Source: Candidatus Moraniibacteriota bacterium (lineage in GTDB: Bacteria > Patescibacteriota > Minisyncoccia > Moranbacterales > UBA1568). Taken from it: DNA of 64,000 bases. A program made the position numbers and the translations under genes. The DNA lies in the NCBI GenBank assembly GCA_028711705.1, contig JAQTRS010000002.1, positions 9,617 to 73,616 of the forward strand, read 5' to 3'. The stretch's first letter is position 1; each line of letters starts with the position of its first letter. Of this stretch, positions 56,942-64,000 are shown piece by piece. Under the pieces are notes generated by a model. It had not been told where the DNA came from and ran no database searches. It worked only from the letters and a program-made list of their open reading frames with translations.

Positions 56942-58213
56942 TCAGCCCAAACTCTTCAGGATTTGTGGAGCGAAAATGAGCAAATACCCCAACAAGAGCA
57001 TGCAGATGCCACCGATCAGTGCGGACCACTTCGAGAAGCCTTGCGTCAGATGCATCTTATCGAATCCCCACAAGGCCAAAGCGAATACCAAAAGGTCGTC
57101 GATCATATAGAAGAAGATATAGACCGCCATATACCACTGCGTCTGCCAAAATCCAAGGTCGTTGATCTGGATGATTTTCGTGAACGCCTGCGGATAGCCG
57201 ATCGAGCACGCGAATTCTATGATATTGACCGAAAATGCCAAGCCGATGATGCCGAAGGCGGAAATGAGCGTGAGCGGCGCTTCAGAAAAGGACTTGATCT
57301 TGCGTACGATTTTCGACCTGTTCTCCGCGTCGATAATCTGGCACGCCATCTCCGTCCCGAGCGATTTGTACCACTCGTATAAGAAAAATAATCCCCCAGC
57401 GATCGCAAGCCCCCCGATGACCGGCGTCACGATCCTGTCGAGCCCGATGAAGTTCCAGGTTTTGAACCACACGTTCAGGATCAGATAATACATGATAGCT
57501 TCGGCCAGAATGAACAATCCGGCGATCGCCCACATTTTGCGTTTGCTGCCGATCTGCATCAATACGATCAAAAACGTGATGAGTACCCACATCGCGCACG
57601 GATTGAAGCCGTCCAAGAATCCGAGCACCGACGAGAGAGCGATCAAAGAATACTTGGCCGCATCGACCGCTCCCATGAAAGGAACTTTCACCAAAAGCGC
57701 CGGCTTATCCACCACGCACAGCGAACTGTCGTCGCATGCGGCGGCGCCCTGCTCTGCCTTGGCGATGGTGGCCTTGTCCGCCCTCAGGTAGGCCTCAAAA
57801 CCCTGCTCTTTCGCCCCCGCGTTTTTTTGGACCAATGACAAGATAGTCGCGCCGGTCGTGTCGGCCACATCAAAACCCTGGATTATGCTCATTCCCACGA
57901 TGGTGATCGGAGTCGATTGCGAAAGCTCCGCCTTGTCCGCTATCTGCTGAAACAACTCCAGATTCTTTCCCTCGCTAATATCTAAGAACCGCACCTCGAT
58001 ATCGTCGCGCTTGGCGATAGTATCGTGCAAAAACGCCTTTTCTGCTTGGCAATGAACACAATCAGCGCGCTCCAATACTTCGATCTTCACCTTCTCTGCC
58101 GCCCGCGCCTCCAGAGGTTGCGCCCATGAAAATACGCCTATCACGATAAACACCGCCATCGCCAGCCATGAAGAGACACGTCGTTTTGAAAACATAGTCA
58201 TAAAGTTATGCAA
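56942..58213 (-). CDS. Membrane thiol-disulfide oxidoreductase-like protein: an N-terminal glutaredoxin/thioredoxin-like domain (CVHC) fused to a CcdA/DsbD-like transmembrane domain
   Basis: CxxC, then a polytopic region with the LGFLDGFNPCAMW motif. Confidence 0.5.
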   Translation of the reverse strand: MHNFMTMFSKRRVSSWLAMAVFIVIGVFSWAQPLEARAAEKVKIEVLERADCVHCQAEKAFLHDTIAKRDDIEVRFLDISEGKNLELFQQIADKAELSQSTPITIVGMSIIQGFDVADTTGATILSLVQKNAGAKEQGFEAYLRADKATIAKAEQGAAACDDSSLCVVDKPALLVKVPFMGAVDAAKYSLIALSSVLGFLDGFNPCAMWVLITFLIVLMQIGSKRKMWAIAGLFILAEAIMYYLILNVWFKTWNFIGLDRIVTPVIGGLAIAGGLFFLYEWYKSLGTEMACQIIDAENRSKIVRKIKSFSEAPLTLISAFGIIGLAFSVNIIEFACSIGYPQAFTKIIQINDLGFWQTQWYMAVYIFFYMIDDLLVFALALWGFDKMHLTQGFSKWSALIGGICMLLLGYLLIFAPQILKSLG

Positions 58214-60968
58214 TTACCGTTATCCGTTTCTTGCGCCATTCCTCATACACGAAGACCACTCCCGTGAAAAAAGCGACCAGCGCCCAATCGGTGGCCTCGA
58301 TCGGCATCATATGCAGAGAGTTTTTGAAGAAGGATATGTTGGTGAAAAGCCAGATCAGAACGAAGGAGCATACGATCGCTCCCCATACGTACATATTGCG
58401 AAACATGCCCATCCTGAAAAAGGAAAGGTGCTCGCTGCGGGACTGCAGGAGATTGGCCATCTGCGTGATCGCCAAGACGATATATGCCGCGGTCGCCGCC
58501 TGCAGATAGATCGGGTTATCGCTCGCGATCGTCTCGCCGAAACGGAAACCATGGCGCCACAGGGAAAAGGTGAAGGTCATGATCGCCCCCGCCGCCATGA
58601 TCGTGCCCAAGATAAGGAGGTGCTTCACTCCGGCAAAGCTGATGATCTGCCGTCCCTGCTGCACGCTCTGTTGCTGCGGAGCCTCTTTATCCTCCGGCTC
58701 CAAGCCGAGCGCGAACGATGGCAACACATCCGTCCCAAGATCGATCGCAAGAATCTGCACCGCCAAAAGCGGCGCCGGAATCTGCAGGAGCAATCCCAAA
58801 AGCACTGTCAGTAATTCGCTGACATTGGATGTGAAGACATAGTGCGTGAATTTGCGCAGGTTGGAATATACCATGCGCCCCTCCTTCACGCCGTGCACGA
58901 TGGAGGCGAAATTATCATCCAAGAGAATCATATCCGCCGCCTCCTTGGATACGTCTGTGCCCATAATACCCATCGCCACCCCGATATCCGCCCGCTTGAG
59001 CGCCGGCGCATCATTCACGCCATCCCCCGTCATCGCCACCACCTCGCCGCGCTCCTGCAGAAGGGTCGCTAATCGCAGTTTCTGTTCCGGCGCGAAGCGG
59101 GCGAACACCACTTCCTTATGTTTGAATTCCTTATACACCTCGTCATCAGAAAGAGTCAAAAGATCCCGCCCGCTGATCACCGTATACGGGTGCGCATCAT
59201 CGATCAGGCATGACTGCTTGGCGATAGCCTCCGCGGTAATCGCATAGTCCCCCGTGATCATCACGACCCGGAGCCCCAAAGAGTGGCATTCCTTCACCGC
59301 CTGGGCCACATCGGCTCGTGGAGGATCTATCATCGCCATCATCCCCACCCACACCAATTGATGCTCCATTTCCTCCGAATAATGCGTTTCTGCAATACCT
59401 TCCAAATCACGATAGGCGAACGCCAATACGCGCAGAGCTTCGCGGGAAAACTTATCATAGAGCTTCCGCGTTTCCTGCTTCTCTGTTTCCGAAAACAAAA
59501 CCGCCTCACCGCTCTCATCCAATCGATGCGTTGCAAGCTCGAGCAGCACGTCCGGCGACCCTTTCACCAGCGACTGTTTGTGCGCATTGCGATAGGCCAC
59601 GCTCATCCTCATACGCTCGGACGCGAACGGAAGCTCGGCAATCTTATGCTCCCCTGTCATGAAAAAATTCGGATCGGAATTGAATTTCCGTGCCGCCACC
59701 AAGATCGCGCCCTCGGTCGGATCGCCCGCAATCACATAGCGCGACGTGTCATCCTGTACCAGACTCGCATCATTGCACAGCGTGCCGATACGAAAGAGCA
59801 GCTCGGCATTGGGGATGGTCCTCGCATTCACCACCTCGCCTGCTGCGAAAAAATTTCCCGTCGGGCTATACCCTTCGCCGCTCACCTCATAGACCGTCTT
59901 ACCCGTCACGATGCGCGTCACCATAAGCTCGTTACGCGTGATAGTGCCTGTCTTATCCGTGCAGATCACCGTCACCGATCCCAGCGTCTCCACCGCGCTC
60001 AATCGCTTCGCCAAAACATTGCGCTTAAGCAACCGCTTCATACCCAAAGCCAAAGCGACCGAAATCGCAGCAGGCAGGCCCTCCGGAACGATAGACACCG
60101 CCAATGCCAGAGCCAACAAAAAATTCTCATACCACGACAACCCGAAATACTGGCCCAAAAACACGGTTATCGCACCGATGGCCACCGCCAGCATCGTCAC
60201 GTTGCGGCCAAGTTTCTTCATTTTTTTCTGCAAGGGAGTCACATCCGATTCCGCATCCGTGGCAAGCTCTGCCAAGCGCCCGAGCTGCGTTTGCGCGCCG
60301 ATAGCCACCACGACCGCCAAGGCCTCGCCCGCCACAACGCTCTCGCCCATAAACAGCATATTCTCGATATCGCTCATCGGGATGATCTCATCTTTCATCA
60401 CCTTCGCCTCGCGCTTCTCTGGTTTGGATTCGCCGCTGAAGATAAAACCATCCACCTTGCAGCTATAGCTTTCCAGGATATACGCATCGGCCGGCACGCG
60501 AGCGCCCGCGTTCATCGCGATTACATCCCCGGGCACGAGCTCCGTCGCATCGATTTCCTTTTTCTCCCCGTCCCGGATCACGATGGCTCGCGCCGTCACC
60601 AGCCGCTCCATATGATCTAAGATCTTCTCCGCCTTGTATTCCTGGATGAAGCTGATCAGCGCATTGGCCAGCACGATGACGAGGATGATCGTCGCATCGC
60701 GCATCTCGCCGAACGCGAATGAAAGCCCTGCCGCCACAAGCAAGATGATCGCCAACGCATCCTTGAACTGACCCAAAAAAAGCCCCAGCGTGCCGCGTGT
60801 CTTCTTGTGATCGAAGGCGTTGCGGCCATACTGGGATTGACGTGCCGCGATATCCCTTGCCAGCAAACCCGAAAGGCCGCTCGAGAGTTTCATCAGCACT
60901 TCCTGCGATTTCAGATGATACCACCGCTCCCCTATGCCGCCCTCCGTTTTATTCTCTGATGTTTCCAT
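58206..60968 (-). CDS. P-type cation-transporting ATPase (type II, Ca2+/Mg2+-ATPase-like)
   Basis: ICTDKTGTIT, TGDGVNDAPALK and TGES-like SGES motifs. Start chosen at METSEN. There is an 8-nt overlap with the downstream oxidoreductase gene. Confidence 0.9.
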   Translation of the reverse strand: METSENKTEGGIGERWYHLKSQEVLMKLSSGLSGLLARDIAARQSQYGRNAFDHKKTRGTLGLFLGQFKDALAIILLVAAGLSFAFGEMRDATIILVIVLANALISFIQEYKAEKILDHMERLVTARAIVIRDGEKKEIDATELVPGDVIAMNAGARVPADAYILESYSCKVDGFIFSGESKPEKREAKVMKDEIIPMSDIENMLFMGESVVAGEALAVVVAIGAQTQLGRLAELATDAESDVTPLQKKMKKLGRNVTMLAVAIGAITVFLGQYFGLSWYENFLLALALAVSIVPEGLPAAISVALALGMKRLLKRNVLAKRLSAVETLGSVTVICTDKTGTITRNELMVTRIVTGKTVYEVSGEGYSPTGNFFAAGEVVNARTIPNAELLFRIGTLCNDASLVQDDTSRYVIAGDPTEGAILVAARKFNSDPNFFMTGEHKIAELPFASERMRMSVAYRNAHKQSLVKGSPDVLLELATHRLDESGEAVLFSETEKQETRKLYDKFSREALRVLAFAYRDLEGIAETHYSEEMEHQLVWVGMMAMIDPPRADVAQAVKECHSLGLRVVMITGDYAITAEAIAKQSCLIDDAHPYTVISGRDLLTLSDDEVYKEFKHKEVVFARFAPEQKLRLATLLQERGEVVAMTGDGVNDAPALKRADIGVAMGIMGTDVSKEAADMILLDDNFASIVHGVKEGRMVYSNLRKFTHYVFTSNVSELLTVLLGLLLQIPAPLLAVQILAIDLGTDVLPSFALGLEPEDKEAPQQQSVQQGRQIISFAGVKHLLILGTIMAAGAIMTFTFSLWRHGFRFGETIASDNPIYLQAATAAYIVLAITQMANLLQSRSEHLSFFRMGMFRNMYVWGAIVCSFVLIWLFTNISFFKNSLHMMPIEATDWALVAFFTGVVFVYEEWRKKRITVIA

Positions 60969-61089
60969 ATATGTATTCGAATAACACCGACCACGCTCTG
61001 AAAAAGAGCCCAGCAATCAAAAAAAAATTATATGAATGTCTCCCTCCATTGTAGGTCAATGCAGCAAAAAAAGAAACTCGTATACTCCC

Positions 61090-61111
61090 GTCCCGCATAG
61101 GGATGCGGGAC
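61090..61111. promoter_or_regulatory. Inverted repeat GTCCCGCAT-AGGG-ATGCGGGAC (9-4-9) in the divergent promoter region. Candidate operator, followed by TTGACA-17-TTATAT
   Basis: Read directly. Confidence 0.4.
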
Positions 61112-61192
61112 CGCATCGTTGACATCGCTAGACCTTCATGGTTATATTGGTACACGGTAACTTTACAATCACACACCCTACAGGAGTCTCTC

Positions 61193-62005
61193 ATGAAATC
61201 CATCCTCGCCCACCCCGCTGTCCCGCTCTATTACGAAATCGTATTCGATGCGGAAACTTTTTCCCTTTCTTTCGTCCTGCATCCCAAAGCGAATGATCAT
61301 TTCCTCAGAACAATGCGTGATCCGCTTCGGATAATCACCGGACTCGAGCAAAACCTTCACTTGAGTACGTTCACTTATCCACAGTCCGAAAGCTTCGGCT
61401 TTGGCGATGCCTTCAGACGCAGCGCGGAGCCGTTTGTCGAGGAGGGTTGGGCGACTTGGACATGCATCCTCCCGCAACATCCCGACGGAAAGAAACTTCG
61501 GGAAATATCGGCAAGCATCTGGTGCATCACCACGGTCGCATCCCTTTTGGACAGATTGCCGTTGACGACCACAAACAAGCAGCTCCCCCAACTTCTGCAG
61601 TTTTTGACCATCGATGAGATGGTCACCTATATGGACAGAGGTCAAGATTCCGGAGCTTTTGGCTTCACCTACTCCAAGCAAGTGCTCGATTTTTGCGCGA
61701 CCATCTGGGATAACGAAGCCTGGTGCGACACGGTGCTCGGAAGCATGGTACGAACGTATGCTCACCTGACAGGAGAAGACCTTACAGCAAGAGATCCTTC
61801 ATTCGTTTTCGATATAAGCAAGGGCGATACGCACCTTCCTTACTTCAAGTGTCCCGGCAATTGCGCATGCGTCCATATCTCCAGCTTCCATGATGCTGGC
61901 GGAGCAAAATACTGTGCTCACAATGTCGATACGAAAATGCAACAACTCACGCTGCTGGCAGGCATTATCACCCTCGCGAATCTGGCGATAGAGCACCCTC
62001 AATAA
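61193..62005 (+). CDS. Hypothetical Cys/Trp-rich protein (start at MKSIL with an AGGAG SD)
   Basis: ORF plus SD; no motif recognised. Confidence 0.45.
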   Translation: MKSILAHPAVPLYYEIVFDAETFSLSFVLHPKANDHFLRTMRDPLRIITGLEQNLHLSTFTYPQSESFGFGDAFRRSAEPFVEEGWATWTCILPQHPDGKKLREISASIWCITTVASLLDRLPLTTTNKQLPQLLQFLTIDEMVTYMDRGQDSGAFGFTYSKQVLDFCATIWDNEAWCDTVLGSMVRTYAHLTGEDLTARDPSFVFDISKGDTHLPYFKCPGNCACVHISSFHDAGGAKYCAHNVDTKMQQLTLLAGIITLANLAIEHPQ

Positions 62006-62107
62006 CCCGATCGGGTAAATTAAAAAGCCTTGCGTACCACATGAAATCATGTACTACGCAAGGCTTTTATCTTTTTCATCACGCTGGATGAGCTTTCCGT
62101 TTCCTCC

Positions 62108-62608
62108 TCATAAACACGGTAAAGGGATTTCCATACCCAGCCGTTCCCAAACATACTCTTTGACATCCGGAGATGCCTCGTCAGCCACGACATACATAAC
62201 AAGATCGCAAGAGCGCTCTTTGGGTCGGACATTCTTATACAAAGAATATTCCAATACGTATTTGATTCCATCGAGCCATTCGTCCCAAGCTGTTCCCAGA
62301 AGGACGCCGGGCTCATCTTTGTTCCCTATGTACTGCCAGTCTGATCTTCGTACACAACGCGGGGGTGGAGAATTCAATACTTCGCCATTTCTGCAAATAG
62401 CGAAGTACTTGGTGATTTCTTCTTTCATCAGCACATTTCCAAAGGTGGAAATGTTGTTCGCTGACATCCCAGCGATATCGGGGATGGTCGCGACATCGAC
62501 TTGAATCATTTCGATACCCTCCACGCTGCGCAGCTTTCCAGCCAGCGTCCTCATGATGCGCTCAGCCAATTCCTGAGGGTCGGTTTGAAACATGCATAAT
62601 TTATTCAT
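62108..62608 (-). CDS. Hypothetical protein (166 aa)
   Basis: ORF only. Confidence 0.4.
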   Translation of the reverse strand: MNKLCMFQTDPQELAERIMRTLAGKLRSVEGIEMIQVDVATIPDIAGMSANNISTFGNVLMKEEITKYFAICRNGEVLNSPPPRCVRRSDWQYIGNKDEPGVLLGTAWDEWLDGIKYVLEYSLYKNVRPKERSCDLVMYVVADEASPDVKEYVWERLGMEIPLPCL

Positions 62609-62742
62609 GGTACTACGCTCCTACTCTACGTGAAAAACGGATATGTTTTTGTTAAATGACCTTTTATCGACGTGTTTTGTCGATTCCTTATTTAAGCATG
62701 GCTTTCCGTGAAAGTCAATCGCTCAAAGATAGAAAAACAAGG

Positions 62743-63369
62743 CTAGAATAAGCCTTGTTTTTTGGATAATCGAAGAAAGAGGATGTCCTCTGCCAATTCG
62801 GGAAACGTTTCCTGATTGAAATGCTGCTTGTCGGTGAATATCCGCGCTTTCGCAGACGGGAGTTTCGCCCGATATTTTTCCACCTGCGCGAACGGTACTA
62901 CCGGATCATCCTTGCTCTGATACAGCACCACTTCCCCACCCTGCTGCGGTAAACGGCTCATATCCTCCGGCAATGAAAAATCCCCGAGCGATTCTTCCAT
63001 CCCTTCGGTATCGAAAGGGGCCGCGATAAGGAACGTCGCTCGCACCTTCACCGGCATCATTTCTTCCGAAAGGTACTTTGCCAGGAAAATCCCTCCCAAA
63101 GAATGGCCGACCAGCACCGTTTCAGTGGTCATGAACGGTATCAATTTCTCGAACCATATCTTCCACTCGACATACTTCGCATTACCACCGCTAGGCATGC
63201 GCGGCGCGATCACCCGATAGCCTTCGCCGATCGATGATTGGATCGTCGATTTCCATCCGCGCGAAAGCAGAAAATCCAGCGTCACTTCCGTGCTTTTCAG
63301 ATTCTCAAGGTAATCTTCATAGGTATCGAACGCCTCTCCTCCGTGTATCAACCAGATCTGTTGTTGCAT
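62743..63369 (-). CDS. Alpha/beta-hydrolase-fold serine hydrolase (YdeN/RBBP9-like)
   Basis: A nucleophile elbow GHSLGG; 208 aa. Confidence 0.6.
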   Translation of the reverse strand: MQQQIWLIHGGEAFDTYEDYLENLKSTEVTLDFLLSRGWKSTIQSSIGEGYRVIAPRMPSGGNAKYVEWKIWFEKLIPFMTTETVLVGHSLGGIFLAKYLSEEMMPVKVRATFLIAAPFDTEGMEESLGDFSLPEDMSRLPQQGGEVVLYQSKDDPVVPFAQVEKYRAKLPSAKARIFTDKQHFNQETFPELAEDILFLRLSKKQGLF

Positions 63370-63481
63370 ATGTTTATCATAAGAATAGCTCGCTCTCCTA
63401 GTATATCACTCCTTCATGAAAAGCGGGGCACATAAAAGTCGCCAGCATTTGCCAGCGACTTTTATGCATCATACATGATTC

Positions 63482-64000
63482 TTAGGCAAGCGCCTGCTCG
63501 ATGTCTGCGATAATATCCTCCACATTTTCAAGCCCGACGGAAAGGCGGATCAGTTCCGGCGGAAGACCGGCCCTGCTTCGGTCCTCCTCGCTCAATTGCG
63601 AATGCGACGTGGATGCCGGATGCAGGACGAGGCTTTTGGCATCGCCCACATTGGCAAGATGCGAGATGAGCTTGACAGAATTAATGAATTTCACGCCGGC
63701 ATCAAGCCCACCCTTCACCCCGAAGACCACCATGCCTCCAAAACCGTTCTTGAGATATTTCGATGCCAGCGCATGCGACGGATCATCGCTGAGTCCCGGG
63801 TAACGCACCCAGTCCACTTGCTTGTGATGCTTCAGAAACTGCGCCACTTTAAGCGCATTCTCACTATGACGAGCGGTACGGAGCGGCAGTGTTTCGACGC
63901 CCTGCAAAATGATCCAGGCATTATCCGGCGAGATGCAGGCGCCCAGCGTTCGTAGCGGCACCAACCTCAGCCGGAGCGCGTAGCAAAGCGGCGAAAGCGC
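63482..64000 (-). CDS. C-terminal part of a PLP-dependent Cys/Met-metabolism enzyme (O-acetylhomoserine sulfhydrylase / cystathionine gamma-synthase family); continues beyond the window
   Basis: A C-terminal domain resembling the MetY/MetB family (…LVLHPASTSHSQLSEEDRSRAGLPPELIRLSVGLE…). Confidence 0.65.
   Translation of the reverse strand, partial: ALSPLCYALRLRLVPLRTLGACISPDNAWIILQGVETLPLRTARHSENALKVAQFLKHHKQVDWVRYPGLSDDPSHALASKYLKNGFGGMVVFGVKGGLDAGVKFINSVKLISHLANVGDAKSLVLHPASTSHSQLSEEDRSRAGLPPELIRLSVGLENVEDIIADIEQALA

Noticed and set aside
1-64000. tRNA, rRNA and CRISPR search
   Set aside because: I scanned intergenic spacers for T-loop GGTTCGA/TCGAACC motifs, rRNA-like conserved boxes and direct-repeat arrays and found none. 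A proper tRNAscan/Infernal run would be needed to be sure.

Overview
Bacterial chromosomal window of about 50% GC, with C/G favoured at codon third positions and most genes on the minus strand. Four things stand out.

(1) A nucleotide-excision-repair neighbourhood. It holds a canonical 942-aa UvrA, a second shorter 849-aa UvrA paralogue, and a 415-aa UvrC that lacks the C-terminal (HhH)2 region. An unusual protein with lysine/proline (KP) repeats and two zinc ribbons lies between uvrC and uvrA. About 35 kb away, a UvrB is split in its Walker-A P-loop by a 538-aa intein that carries a LAGLIDADG homing endonuclease.

(2) A roughly 25-kb surface-glycopolymer / biofilm island (about 15.1-38.3 kb). 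It encodes three processive GT2 synthases: two of the PgaC/NodC/IcaA type and one of the cellulose/curdlan-synthase (BcsA/CrdS) type. It also encodes three CE4 (NodB-type) deacetylases with N-terminal beta-sandwich domains, a GH18-like hydrolase, a GH81 endo-beta-1,3-glucanase, a sugar-1-phosphate nucleotidyltransferase, an HlyD-like protein, a large polytopic membrane protein and a beta-helix protein. Embedded in it is a three-gene cassette: a TasA/camelysin-like fibre protein, a SipW-type signal peptidase and a hyper-acidic His-rich protein.

(3) A cell-wall cluster: PBP1A, a C39-like peptidase and an M23/CARDB peptidase.

(4) Housekeeping genes (PhoH2, TsaE, a DHH phosphoesterase, EngB, a cyclophilin, DedA, a P-type ATPase, a PP2C phosphatase, a PD-(D/E)XK nuclease) and many hypothetical genes. 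These include two sets of small paralogous genes that carry duplicated consensus promoters and conserved leader elements.

I found no rRNA, tRNA or CRISPR array by eye. All calls rest on motif recognition in the supplied translations and on reading the DNA directly. No database search was possible.
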